Positions 38,407-52,641 of a DNA stretch of 64,000 bases are shown here, in pieces. The notes under the pieces were generated by a model that saw nothing but the letters and a program-made list of their open reading frames with translations, made no database searches and was not told where the DNA came from. The DNA lies in contig OZ024759.1 in NCBI GenBank assembly GCA_964016885.1, forward strand, positions 12,462,001 to 12,526,000, read 5' to 3'. This DNA is from Eledone cirrhosa (lineage: Eukaryota). Both the position numbers and the translations under genes were made by a program. Each line of letters begins with the position of its first letter. Positions within the stretch are counted from its first letter, which is position 1.

Positions 38407-39420
38407 GGGGGATAGATATAGATAGAGAGAGAGAGAGAGGGGGATAGACAGATAGATAGAGAGAGGGGGATAGATAGATAGAGAAAGAGAGAGGGGGATA
38501 GACAGATAGATAAAGAGAGAGAGGGATAGATAGAGAGAGGGGGATAGATATATAGAGAAATAGAGAGGGGGATAGACAGATAGATAAAGAGAGAGGGATA
38601 GAGAGAGGGATAGACAGTTAGATAGAGAGAGGGATAGATAGATAGATAGAGAGAGGGATAGACAGATAGATAGAGAGAGAGGGATAGACAGATAGATAGA
38701 AAGAGGGGGATAGACAGTTAGATAGAGAGAGGGGGATAGACAGATGGATAGTTAAAGAGAGAGGGGGACAGACAGATAGAGAGAGAGAGAGGGGGACAGA
38801 CAGATAGATAGAGAAAAGGACAGACAGATAGATAATGAGAGGGGGATAGACAGATAGATAGAGAGAGGGGGAGAAGGACAGACAGATAAATAGAAAGAGA
38901 GAGGGGGATAGATAGATAGAAAGAGAGAGAGGGACAGACAGATAGATAGAGTGAGAGGGGATAGACAGATAGATAGATAGAGAGAGATAGACAGATAGAT
39001 AGAGATAGACAGATAGAGAGAGATAGAGAGAAAGAGAGAGGGGGATAGATAGATAGAAAGAGAGAGAAAGACAGATAGATAGATAGATAGATAGAGAGAG
39101 AGGGGGATAGACAGATAGATAGATAGAGAGGGATAGACAGAGATAGACAGATAGATAGAGATAGAGAGAGATAGACAGATAGATAGAGATAGAGATAGAT
39201 AGACAGATAGATAGATAGAGAGGGATAGACAGATAGATAGAGAGAGAGAGATAGACAGATAGATAGAGATAGAGAGGGGGACAGACAGATAGATAGAGAT
39301 AGACAGATAGATAGAGATAGACAGATATATATATAGAGAGAGAGATAGACAGATAGATAGAGATAGAGAGGGGGACAGACAGATAAAGAGATGTACAGAC
39401 AGAGAGACAGATAGAAAAGA
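38347..39420. repeat. (TA)n, (GA)n and (GATA/GACA)n low-complexity tract
   Basis: Direct inspection. Confidence 0.92.
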
Positions 39421-39481
39421 AATCAGTTGGCCTTAAATTGTCTTCACTGTGAAGGAATTTTTACCAGAAATGGTGTCCATT

Positions 39482-39574
39482 GTTTAACCTAGCAACAATC
39501 AGCGCTAAGCACAAAGTTCTTCGCCAAGGAAACATTATTTCCGAGACCTTCAAACACGTGCAACATTTCAAAAG
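39482..39574 (+). promoter_or_regulatory. Candidate promoter/non-coding exon with X-box-like site
   Basis: GTTTAACCTAGCAAC, then donor AAAG/gtaaca at 39574/39575, in unique sequence. Confidence 0.35.
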
Positions 39575-40268
39575 GTAACAGTAACAAATACTGACGCCAG
39601 TTTCGCACAGAAAAGTATGTACTCCATTAATCTTTCGTCTTTCTTGTTGCTTTCATTTAACTTTCATTTTCCTTATCTGGTTTTGTTCTGATCGTTTCTT
39701 TAAATGTCTGAGTGGTTATGGTGTTATGGTGTTAAAGAATTTTGTTTTTCTCTTTTAAAATTGGGGTTTAAGTTTTATTTTAGGCTGGCGCAAAAAAAAA
39801 AAATTTAAAATGGTGGAAGTTATTTTTACTGTGACGGCGATGAATTTGTTTTGCAACGTTTTTAATATGAAATCGCGTGTTGAAACAAATATTGTTATAT
39901 TTGGGGACGTTCATATTGTTATTATAATATTGTTTCTACTTTTGGTACAAGGCCAGCAATTATTGCAGTGTATTACTGGTACTTTATTTTATCGACCCCG
40001 TAAGGATGAAAGGCAAAGTTAACCTCGGTGGGATTTGAACGCAAAAGGCCGTAACTCTACCGATACTGCCAATCCGTATTGCCAGAAATATATAATAAAA
40101 CACTCACTGTTTGGTTTGGGTTGGTTTTCGCTTCTGTATATTCTATATCGCTATAGCTAATTTAGCTGGCAATCAATGTTCATCATTGATTGACCAACCG
40201 TTAAGGGTGAAAGCAGCGATTCTTTGCTTAAACTTTAATCTGTTATTTTAATAAATATATATATATAT

Positions 40269-40499
40269 CTAAGGCGGGTAAAATTCCCGAGATCCATGGA
40301 CGAGTTCTCTCCAGCGGTCTCTGTCCCTCATTATCGCTGCCATGTCCTGCGTCTCCAACAGACCAGTGTCTGTCCTTAGGGCATCAACATACGTTAAACC
40401 TTGGTCTTCCTCTTCTAGTGTGTCCATGTAGGGACACTGACCAAGAAACTCACTCAGATGATGGATGGGTGCTACACGAGAATGCTGAAGATGGCTCTG

Positions 40500-40503
<4 letters not shown>
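40269..40503 (-). mobile_element. LINE 3' fragment (RTE-like family 2) with a short 5' inversion
   Basis: 40269-40432 matches 30001-30162; 40433-40503 is the reverse complement of about 30313-30384. Confidence 0.75.
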
Positions 40504-40568
<65 letters not shown>

Positions 40569-40682
40569 AGGGAGTGTAACTTGGAGTTACTGTAGGTTTA
40601 CCCAGATGAGCACTCGATATTTAGGTTCACGTCAGGAGCGAGGTGTAGAGCTAAACAGGATGTAAATATAATAATACAACAG

Positions 40683-40768
40683 TGGTCCGACGAGCTTTTG
40701 ATTCCAGAGTCGTCCAGATTGATACAGATCGAAGCTTGAGCTGATCAATAGTGAAACGCGCATCACCA
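40683..40768 (+). ncRNA. Degenerate hammerhead motif in a (TA)n-flanked insert (40567-40808)
   Basis: uggu CCGACGA ... GAAA CGCGCA UC acca; core U4 changed to C. Confidence 0.45.
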
Positions 40769-40806
40769 ACCAATAAACGTAATGAAGGCTTAACAAATCG
40801 TCCTTG

Positions 40807-40867
<61 letters not shown>

Positions 40868-41050
40868 TTTCTGAAGACAGCAAATATATGTGTAGGTATG
40901 TATATTCCCTCTGATAGTTTGTAAAATTTTTACATAGATCTATATGATATACATACCAACACACACATATATATCCTAGAAACGATCGTAAAATAATGAA
41001 TTTTTTAATATAAGGAACTGTTTCTTTGTTTTTATTCATTATTTTTATTA

Positions 41051-41084
<34 letters not shown>

Positions 41085-41088
41085 TCTC

Positions 41089-41128
41089 TCAGAGTTCTTT
41101 CGTCACACACCCGTGACATCATCAGTGA
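41089..41128 (-). ncRNA. Minimal hammerhead motif in a solo PLE end
   Basis: uca CUGAUGA ugucac gggugu gugac GAAA GAAC UC uga; abuts (TA)n. Confidence 0.68.
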
Positions 41129-42079
41129 TACTATTGTTTCCTCCCGTTGTATTACTGTAATGTTATTTTTGTTTATTTATATAAAAACTGGAGAATGACA
41201 GAATCGTGAGAGCGTTGGATTGGGGGAAAATGTCTTGGTATTTATTCCATCTTATTGTATTTTGAGTTCAAATCCCGCTGAGGTCAACTTTACCTAGTGG
41301 CATATTGCTGGGGCTGGAGCTGCATCCCCACAAAAATTGTCGTTGTCGGAAAATTAAGTCACTTTTGTTGGAAAATATTTGTTTCTACTATTGGCCCAAG
41401 GCCAGCAATTACCCAGTACAATAAAGTACCAGTTATGTACTGGGTAATTGCTGGCCTTGTGCCAATAGTAGAAACAATTATTTTAGTTAACAGGTATGGG
41501 GGGGGGGGGACTCTCAGAGTTCTGAGGTTTTAAGGTAAATATTACCACCCATCTGTTGTACATTGGGGATGAAATAATTGTTTCTACTTTAGGCACAAGG
41601 CCAGCAATTACCCAGTGCATTACTGGTACTTTATTTTATCGACCCCGTAAGGATGAAAGGCAAATTTAACCTCGGCGGGATTTGAACTCAGACTGTAAAG
41701 GGACGTAACTATGCTAGAAAGCATGGCGTCCACCCCTCTACCGATACTGCCAATCCACCGGGGATGAAATAATTGTTTCTACTTTTGGCACAAGGCCAGC
41801 AATTATCCAGTGCATTACTGGTACTTTATTTTATCGACCCCGTAAGGATGAAAGGCAAAGTTAACCTCGGCGGGATTTGAACTCAAACCATAAAGGGGCG
41901 TAACTCTTTGCTGCAAAGCATAGCGTCAGACCCTCTACCGATACTGCCAATCCACCGGGGATGAAATAATGCTTTCTGATGGTTTTTAACGACATGTTTA
42001 TTAAAAAACACAGAAAATAGAGAAATTTCACTGACAAAGTGAGACGGGTGTAATTGTAAAAATTGACCAAAGTTGTTGT

Positions 42080-42600
42080 GGGGAGTACATCTGTGGGGAG
42101 TGGACTAGCACATCTGTGGAGGTGGCACATCTTTGGGAGAAGGTACATCTGTGGCGAAGGCACATCTGTGGAGGTGGCACATCTGTGGAGGTGGCACGTC
42201 TGTGGTGAAGGTACATCTGCGGAGAAGGCACATCTGTGGAGGTGGCACATCTGTGGGGTGTGGAGGTGGCACATCTGTGGGGTGTGTTGTGTCACATCTG
42301 TGGGGAGTGTTGTGGCGCATCTGTGGGGAGTGGACTTGTACATCTGTGGAGGTGGCACATCTTTGGGAGAAGGTACATCTGTGGAGAAGGTACATCTGTG
42401 GAGAAGGCACATCTGTGGAGGTGGCACATTAGTGGGAGGTGGCACATTAGTGGGAGGTGGCACATCTGTGGAGAAGGCACATTAGTCGGAGGTGGCACAT
42501 TAGTCGGAGGTGGCACATCTGTGAGGAGTGGTGTGGCGCATTTGTGGATGTGACACATCTGTGGACGTGGCACATCTGTGAAGAAGGCCCATCTGTGACA
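42080..42600. repeat. Irregular GC-rich tandem repeat (GGCACATCTGTGGAGGT core)
   Basis: About 25 variable units. Confidence 0.85.
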
Positions 42601-42776
42601 GCACATCATTGAAGTGAAAACAGGAGGAATAACTGAAAAAGTTATTGTTCCAGAGAAATGGAGGGACTGTGTTGATGGCATCTCAGTAACTGTCTCTGAT
42701 GGTCTCATAGCTTTACTATTCGTCATCTTGATTGCCTCTTTAACCCTATAACTCTCAACTAAATAACTACTTCACT

Positions 42777-45700
42777 CATGTACATCAGGTCCAAACACAG
42801 AGGAACCAAACTCCCACTGTCATCACCTCCATCTCTCCTGCTGTCCCTGTCTCTCATATATACCAGGTCCAAACACAGAGGAACCAAACTCCCACTGTCA
42901 TCACCTCCATCTCTCCCCATCTCTCATGTACACCAGGTCCAAACACAGAGGAACCAAACTCCCACTGTCATCACCTCCATCTCTCCCCATCTCTCATGTA
43001 CACCAGGTCCAAACACAGAGGAACTAAACTCCCGCTGTCATCACCTCTGTCTCTCCTGCCCTCCCTATCTCTCATGTACCCCAGGTCCAAACACAGAGGC
43101 ACCAAACTCCCACTGTCATCACCTCCATCTCTCCCCATCTCTCATGTACACCAGGTTCAAACACAGAGTAACTAAACTCCCACTGTCATCACCTCCATCT
43201 CTCCTGCTGTCCCTGTCTCTCATATATACCAGGTCCAAACACAGAGGAACCAAACTGCCACTGTCATCACCTCCATCTCTCCCCATCTCTCATGTACACC
43301 AGGTCCAAACACAGAGGAACCAAACTCCCACTGTCATCACCTCCATCTCTCCCCATCTCTCATGTACCCCAGGTCCAAACACAGAGGAACCAAACTCCCA
43401 CTGTCATCACCTCCATCTCTCCCCATCTCTCATGTACACCAGGTCTGGACACAGAGGAACCAAACTCCCACTGTCATCACCTCCATCTCTCCTGCTGTCC
43501 CCATCTCTCATATACACCAGGTCCAAACACAGAGGAACCAAACTCCCACTGTCATCACCTCCATCTCTCCTGCTGTCCCCATCTCTCATGTACACCAGGT
43601 CCAAACACAGAGGCACCAAACTCCCACTGTCATCACCTCCATCTCTCCCCATCTCTCATGTACACCAGGTCCAAACACAGAGGAACCAAACTCCCACTGT
43701 CATCACCTCCATCTCTCCCCATCTCTCATGTACACCAGGTCCAAACACAGAGGAACCAAACTCCCACTGTCATCACCTCCATCTCTCCCGCTCTCCCCAT
43801 CTCTCATGTACACCAGGTCCGAACACAGAGGAACCAAACTCCCACTGTCATCACCTCCATCTCTCCCGCTCTCCCCATCTCTCATGTACACCAGGTCCAA
43901 ACACAGAGGAACCAAACTCCCACTGTCATCACCTCCATCTCTCCTGCTGTCCCCATCTCTCATGTACACCAGGTCCAAACACAGAGGAACCAAACTCCCA
44001 CTGTCATCACCTCCATCTCTCCCGCTCTCCCCATCTCTCATGTACACCAGGTCCAAACACAGAGGAACCAAACTCCCACTGTCATCACCTCCATCTCTCC
44101 CGCTCTCCCCATCTCTCATGTACACCAGGTCCAAACACAGAGGAACCAAACTCCCACTGTCATCACCTCCATCTCTCCTGCTGTCCCCATCTCTCATGTA
44201 CACCAGGTCCAAACACAGAGGAACCAAACTCCCACTGTCATCACCTCCATCTCTCCTGCTGTCCCCATCTCTCATGTACACCAGGTCCAAACACAGAGGA
44301 ACCAAACTCCCACTGTCATCACCTCCATCTCTCCTGCTGTCCCCATCTCTCATGTACACCAGGTCCAAACACAGAGGAACCAAACTCCCACTGTCATCAC
44401 CTCCATCTCTCCTGCTGTCCCCATCTCTCATGTACACCAGGTCCAAACACAGAGGAACCAAACTCCCACTGTCATCACCTCCATCTCTCCTGCTGTCCCC
44501 ATCTCTCATGTACACCAGGTCCAAACACAGAGGAACCAAACTCCCACTGTCATCACCTCCATCTCTCCTGCTGTCCCCATCTCTCATGTACACCAGGTCC
44601 AAACACAGAGGAACCAAACTCCCACTGTCATCACCTCCATCTCTCCCCATCTCTCATGTACACCAGGTCCGAACACAGAGGAACCAAACTCCCACTGTCA
44701 TCACCTCCATCTCTCCTGCTGTCCCCATCTCTCATGTACACCAGGTCCAAACACAGAGGAACCAAACTCCCACTGTCATCACCTCCATCTCTCCCGCTCT
44801 CCCCATCTCTCATGTACACCAGGTCCAAACACAGAGGAACCAAACTCCCACTGTCATCACCTCCATCTCTCCTGCTGTCCCCATCTCTCATGTACACCAG
44901 GTCCAAACACAGAGGAACCAAACTCCCACTGTCATCACCTCCATCTCTCCTGCTGTCCCCATCTCTCATGTACACCAGGTCCAAACACAGAGGAACCAAA
45001 CTCCCACTGTCATCACCTCCATCTCTCCTGCTGTCCCCATCTCTCATGTACACCAGGTCCAAACACAGAGGAACCAAACTCCCACTGTCATCACCTCCAT
45101 CTCTCCTGCTGTCCCCATCTCTCATGTACACCAGGTCCAAACACAGAGGAACCAAACTCCCACTGTCATCACCTCCATCTCTCCTGCTGTCCCCATCTCT
45201 CATGTACACCAGGTCCAAACACAGAGGAACCAAACTCCCACTGTCATCACCTCCATCTCTCCTGCTGTCCCCATCTCTCATGTACACCAGGTCCAAACAC
45301 AGAGGAACCAAACTCCCACTGTCATCACCTCCATCTCTCCTGCTGTCCCCATCTCTCATGTACACCAGGTCCAAACACAGAGGAACCAAACTCCCACTGT
45401 CATCACCTCCATCTCTCCCCATCTCTCATGTACACCAGGTCCGAACACAGAGGAACCAAACTCCCACTGTCATCACCTCCATCTCTCCTGCTGTCCCCAT
45501 CTCTCATGTACACCAGGTCCAAACACAGAGGAACCAAACTCCCACTGTCATCACCTCCATCTCTCCCGCTCTCCCCATCTCTCATGTACACCAGGTCCAA
45601 ACACAGAGGAACCAAACTCCCACTGTCATCACCTCCATCTCTCCTGCTGTCCCCATCTCTCATGTACACCAGGTCCAAACACAGAGGAACCAAACTCCCA

Positions 45701-47882
45701 CTGTCATCACCTCCATCTCTCCTGCTGTCCCCATCTCTCATGTACACCAGGTCCAAACACAGAGGAACCAAACTCCCACTGTCATCACCTCCATCTCTCC
45801 TGCTGTCCCCATCTCTCATGTACACCAGGTCCAAACACAGAGGAACCAAACTCCCACTGTCATCACCTCCATCTCTCCCCATCTCTCATGTACACCAGGT
45901 CCAAACACAGAGGAACCAAACTCCCACTGTCATCACCTCCATCTCTCCTGCTCTCCCCATCTGTCATGTACACCAGGTCCGAACACGGAGGAACCAAACT
46001 CCCACTGTCATCACCTCCATCTCTCCTGCTCTCCCCATCTGTCATGTACACCAGGTCCGAACACGGAGGAACCAAACTCCCACTGTCATCACCTCCATCT
46101 CTCCCGCTCTCCCCATCTCTCATGTACACCAGGTCCAAACACAGAGGAACCAAACTCCCACTGTCATCACCTCCATCTCTCCTGCTGTCCCCATCTCTCA
46201 TGTACACCAGGTCCAAACACAGAGGAACCAAACTCCCACTGTCATCACCTCCATCTCTCCTGCTGTCCCCATCTCTCATGTACACCAGGTCCAAACACAG
46301 AGGAACCAAACTCCCACTGTCATCACCTCCATCTCTCCTGCTGTCCCCATCTCTCATGTACACCAGGTCCAAACACAGAGGAACCAAACTCCCACTGTCA
46401 TCACCTCCATCTCTCCCCATCTCTCATGTACACCAGGTCCAAACACAGAGGAACCAAACTCCCACTGTCATCACCTCCATCTCTCCTGCTCTCCCCATCT
46501 GTCATGTACACCAGGTCCGAACACGGAGGAACCAAACTCCCACTGTCATCACCTCCATCTCTCCTGCTCTCCCCATCTGTCATGTACACCAGGTCCGAAC
46601 ACGGAGGAACCAAACTCCCACTGTCATCACCTCCATCTCTCCCGCTCTCCCCATCTCTCATGTACACCAGGTCCGAACACGGAGGAACCAAACTCCCACT
46701 GTCATCACCTCCATCTCTCCCGCTCTCCCCATCTCTCATGTACACCAGGTCCGAACACGGAGGAACCAAACTCCCACTGTCATCACCTCCATCTCTCCTG
46801 CTCTCCCCATCTGTCATGTACACCAGGTCCGAACACGGAGGAACCAAACTCCCACTGTCATCACCTCCATCTCTCCTGCTCTCCCCATCTGTCATGTACA
46901 CCAGGTCCGAACACGGAGGAACCAAACTCCCACTGTCATCACCTCCATCTCTCCTGCTCTCCCCATCTCTCATGTACACCAGGTCCGAACACGGAGGAAC
47001 CAAACTCCCACTGTCATCACCTCCATCTCTCCTGCTCTCCCCATCTGTCATGTACACCAGGTCCGAACACGGAGGAACCAAACTCCCACTGTCATCACCT
47101 CCATCTCTCCCGCTCTCCCCATCTCTCATGTACACCAGGTCCAAACACGGAGGAACCAAACTCCCACTGTCATCACCTCCATCTCTCCTGCTCTCCCCAT
47201 CTGTCATGTACACCAGGTCCGAACACGGAGGAACCAAACTCCCACTGTCATCACCTCCATCTCTCCCGCTCTCCCCATCTCTCATGTACACCAGGTCCAA
47301 ACACGGAGGAACCAAACTCCCACTGTCATCACCTCCATCTCTCCTGCTGTCCCCATCTCTCATGTACACCAGGTCCAAACACGGAGGAACCAAACTACCA
47401 CTGTCATCACCTCCATCTCTCCCGCTCTCCCCATCTCTCATGTACACCAGGTCCAAACACGGAGGAACCAAACTACCACTGTCATCACCTCCATCTCTCC
47501 CGCTCTCCCCATCTCTCATGTACACCAGGTCCGAACACGGAGGAACCAAACTCCCACTGTCATCACCTCCATCTCTCCCGCTCTCCCCATCTCTCATGTA
47601 CACCAGGTCCAAACACAGAGGAACCAAACTCCCACTGTCATCACCTCCATCTCTCCTGCTGTCCCCATCTCTCATGTACACCAGGTCCAAACACGGAGGA
47701 ACCAAACTACCACTGTCATCACCTCCATCTCTCCCGCTCTCCCCATCTCTCATGTACACCAGGTCCAAACACGGAGGAACCAAACTACCACTGTCATCAC
47801 CTCCATCTCTCCCCATCTCTCATGTACACCAGGTCCAAACACGGAGGAACCAAACTCCCACTGTCATCACCTCCATCTCTCC
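42777..47882. repeat. 78-bp minisatellite (~66 units, with 70-bp deletion variants)
   Basis: Unit CATGTACACCAGGTCCAAACACAGAGGAACCAAACTCCCACTGTCATCACCTCCATCTCTCCTGCTGTCCCCATCTCT. Confidence 0.95.
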
Positions 47883-48239
47883 CACCCTCCCCCACCTCTC
47901 ACTATTATAAGCAAATGGGGTCCCAGGTGCTGGCTGCCCCACGGCCCCGGCAGACAGAACAGAGAAAGTGTTTCCCCAGAGGATGGTGAGGGAGATGTGT
48001 TGGAAGAGCCATTCCATCTCGCGAGGCTCACACCTGTGACTAGCCAGCTCTGTACCTATGGTGGTGAGTAGGGAGCTGGTCCTAGGGCCAGGACACCAGA
48101 AGTCTCCACTGTTAGGGGCTTGACCGCAAACCTGTCTGAGAGCGACAACAATAATAGAAATTGTAATAAAATATATCCAATCCAATCCAGGGCGTTCTCA
48201 CTCCTGTTGGAGGAACCCCTCCCTGATTAACCTCTATAT

Positions 48240-51200
48240 CAGGGGCGTGCAACATATTCCATTGGTGGGCCACTTTTGAACATTGGAACAACTATTAGGG
48301 CCATTAATATTTACTAAACACTATTCTAAAGATTCACCACAACTTCTTTCCATAACAGAACTAGGAAATTCTAACACACACAACCTTATCAGTGAAGCCC
48401 TTTAATATAGGTCAACTGGGAAACTATAACACACATAACCCTATCAGTGAAGCCCTTTAATATAGGTCAACTGGGAAACTATAACACATATAACCCTATC
48501 AGTGAGGCCCTTTAATATAGGTCAACTGGGAAACTATAACACACATAACCCTATCAGTGAAGCCCTTTAGTATAGGTCAACTGGGAAACTATAACACATA
48601 TAACCCTATCAGTGAAGCCCTTTAATATAGGTCAACTGGGAAACTATAACACACAACCCTATCAGTGAAGCCCTTTAGTATAGGTCAACTGGGAAACTAT
48701 AACACATATAACCCTATCAGTGAAGCCCTTTAATATAGGTCAACTGGGAAACTATAACACATAACCCTATCAGTGAAGCCCTTTAGTATAGGTCAACTGG
48801 GAAATTATAACATATATAACCCTATCAGTGAAGCTCTTTAGTATAGGTCAACTGGGAAATTATAACACATATAACCCTATCAGTGAAGCCCTTTAATATA
48901 GGTCAACTGGGAAACTATAACACACAACCCTATCAGTGAAGCCCTTTAGTATAGGTCAACTGGGAAATTATAACACATATAACTCTATCAGTGAAGCCCT
49001 TTAGTATAGGTCAACTGGGAAATTATAACACATATAACCCTATCAGTGAAGCCCTTTAATATAGGTCAACTGGGAAACTATAACACACAACCCTATCAGT
49101 GAAGCCCTTTAGTATAGGTCAACTGGGAAATTATAACACATATAACCCTATCAGTGAAGCCCTTTAATATAGGTCAACTGGGAAATTATAACACACAACC
49201 CTATCAGTGAAGCCCTTTAGTATAGGTCAACTGGGAAATTATAACACATATAACCCTATCAGTGAAGCCCTTTAATATAGGTCAACTGGGAAACTATAAC
49301 ACACAACCCTATCAGTGAAGCCCTTTAGTATAGGTCAACTGGGAAATTATAACACATATAACCCTATCAGTGAAGCCCTTTAATACAGGTCAACTGGGAA
49401 ACTATAACACACAACCCTATCAGTGAAGCCCTTTAGTATAGGTCAACTGGGAAATTATAACACATATAACCCTATCAGTGAAGCCCTTTAATATAGGTCA
49501 ACTGGGAAACTATAACACACAACCCTATCAGTGAAGCCCTTTAGTATAGGTCAACTGGGAAATTATAACACATATAACCCTATCAGTGAAGCCCTTTAAT
49601 ATAGGTCAACTGGGAAACTATAACACACAACCCTATCAGTGAAGCCCTTTAGTATAGGTCAACTGGGAAATTATAACACATAACCCTATCAGTGAAACCC
49701 TTTAGTATAGGTCAACCGGGAAATTATAACACACAACCCTATCAGTGAAGCCCTTTAGTATAGGTCAACTGGGAAATTATAACACATATAACCCTATCAG
49801 TGAAGCCCTTTAGTATAGGTCAACTGGGAAATTATAACACACAGCCCTATCAGTGAAGCCCTTTAGTATAGGTCAACTGTGAAATTATAACACATATAAC
49901 CCTATCAGTGAAGCCCTTTAGTATAGGTCAACTGGGAAATTATAACACACATAACCCTATCAGTGAAGCCCTTTAGTATAGGTCAACTGTGAAATTATAA
50001 GACATAACCCTATCAGTGAGGCCCTTTAGTATAGGTCAACTGGGAAATTATAAGACATAACCCTATCAGTGAGGCCCTTTAGTATAGGTCAACTGGGAAA
50101 GTATAACACATAACCCTATCAGTGAGGCCCTTTAGTATAGGTCAACTGGGAAATTATAACACATAACCCTATCAGTGAGGCCCTTTAGTATAGGTCAACT
50201 GGGAAATTATAAGACATAACCCTATCAGTGAGGCCCTTTAGTATAGGTCAACTGGGAAATTATAACACATAACCCTATCAGTGAGGCCCTTTAGTATAGG
50301 TCAACTGGGAAATTATAACACATAACCCTATCAGTGAAGCCCTTTAGTATAGGTCAACTGGGAAATTATAACACATATAACCCTATCAGTGAGGCCCTTT
50401 AGTATAGGTCAACTGGGAAACTATAACACATATAACCCTATCAGTGAGGCCCTTTAGTATAGGTCAACTGGGAAATTATAACACATATAACCCTATCAGT
50501 GAGGCCCTTTAGTATAGGTCAACTGGGAAACTATAACACATATAACCCTATCAGTGAGGCCCTTTAGTATAGGTCAACTGGGAAATTATAACACATATAA
50601 CCCTATCAGTGAGGCCCTTTAGTATAGGTCAACTGGGAAACTATAACACATATAACCCTATCAGTGAAGCCCTTTAGTATAGGTCAACTGGGAAATTATA
50701 ACACATATAACCCTATCAGTGAGGCCCTTTAGTATAGGTCAACTGGGAAACTATAACACATATAACCCTATCAGTGAGGCCCTTTAGTATAGGTCAACTG
50801 GGAAATTATAACACATATAACCCTATCAGTGAGGCACTTTAGTATAGGTCAACTGGGAAACTATAACACACATAACCCTATCAGTGAAGCCCTTTAGTAT
50901 AGGTCAACTGTGAAATTATAACACATAACCCTATCAGTGAGGCCCTTTAGTATAGGTCAACTGGGAAATTATAACACATAACCCTATCAGTGAAGCCCTT
51001 TAGTATAGGTCAACTGGGAAATTATAACACATATAACCCTATCAGTGAGGCCCTTTAGTATAGGTCAACTGGGAAATTATAACACATATAACCCTATCAG
51101 TGAAGCCCTTTAGTATAGGTCAACTGGGAAATTATAACACATATAACCCTATCAGTGAAGCCCTTTAGTATAGGTCAACTGGGAAATTATAACACATAAC

Positions 51201-51829
51201 CCTATCAGTGAGGCTCTTTAGTATAGGTCAACTGGGAAATTATAACATATATAACCCTATCAGTGAGGCCCTTTAGTATAGGTCAACTGGGAAATTATAA
51301 CACATATAACCCTATCAGTGAAGCCCTTTAGTATAGGTCAACTGGGAAATTATAACACATAACCCTATCAGTGAGGCCCTTTAGTATAGGTCAACTGGGA
51401 AATTATAAGACATAACCCTATCAGTGAGGCCCTTTAGTATAGGTCAACTGGGAAATTATAACACATAACCCTATCAGTGAAGCCCTTTAGTATAGGTCAA
51501 CTGGGAAACTATAACACATATAACCCTATCAGTGAGGTCCTTTAGTATAGGTCAACTGGGAAACTATAACACATATAACCCTATCAGTGAAGCCCTTTAG
51601 TATAGGTCAACTGGGAAATTATAACACATATAACCCTATCAGTGAAGCCCTTTAGTATAGGTCAACTGGGAAACTATAACACATATAACCCTATCAGTGA
51701 AGCCCTTTAGTATAGGTCAACTGGGAAATTATAACACATATAACCCTATCAGTGAATTCTAAATAAGCCTACAAGGTAAAAACTAAAAACAGTCATTGTG
51801 GCCTACGGGCCGCCTGTTGCACGCTCCTG
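48240..51829. mobile_element. hAT-like MITE enclosing a 53/55-bp minisatellite (~62 copies, 48375-51756)
   Basis: Termini CAGGGGCGTGCAAC / GTTGCACGCTCCTG; unit ATAACCCTATCAGTGAAGCCCTTTAGTATAGGTCAACTGGGAAATTATAACAC(AT); no clear 8-bp TSD. Confidence 0.7.
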
Positions 51830-52641
51830 GTGTAGTGGTTACAGCTCAGGCTGTCCATGTTTTATTGTTACTGGTACTTTATTTTATCGACACTGTAAGG
51901 ATGAAAGGCAAAGCTAACCGTGGTGGGATTTGAACTCAGACCATAAAGGGCCGTAACTCTTTGCTGCAAAGCATGGCGTCCGACCCTAATTCTTTCTACT
52001 TTTGACACAGGGCCAGCAATTACCCCAGTGCATTACTGGTACTTTATTTTATCGACCCCGTAAGGATGAAAGGCAAAGTCAACCTCGACAGGATTTGAAC
52101 TCAGACCGTAAAGGGACGTAACTCTATGCTTGAAAGCATGACGTCCAACCCTCCACCGATACTGCCAATCCACCTGGCCAAAAGGTAGGGGACAATACAA
52201 AGACAGGGACAGGTGGGAGGTTTACAATAAAAGTGAGTGAAAACACACAATAACAAAACCAATTTAACAATGAAATAATATAAAAATAAAATATATATAT
52301 AAAAATATAGCAAAATAAATTTCTCAATAGAGGGGGTGAACCACGCAGGCCAACTCAGGTACCCCACCAAACAGCCAACGCTTCAAGGCCAGCATTTTGA
52401 AGGGGAGAGGAAAGTCGATTAAATCGATCCCACTGGTACTTTATTTATTGACCCCGGCAAGGGCCGTAACTCTATGCGTCAAAGCATGGCGTCCGACCCT
52501 CTACCGATACTGCCAATCCACCGCCTTAAAGTTAATAATAAATGATTTAAATAGGTAAAGTTAATAATAAATTATATCTTTATTGGCCCCTCTAATAATA
52601 GAAATAAAATGATTGTTCCTTTATTTTGTGAATTGTTGCAG

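Noticed and set aside
42778-48071. 1500-1700-aa ORFs as genes
   Set aside because: All three frames are open, frames shift at 70-bp units, and the unit derives from a TE remnant.
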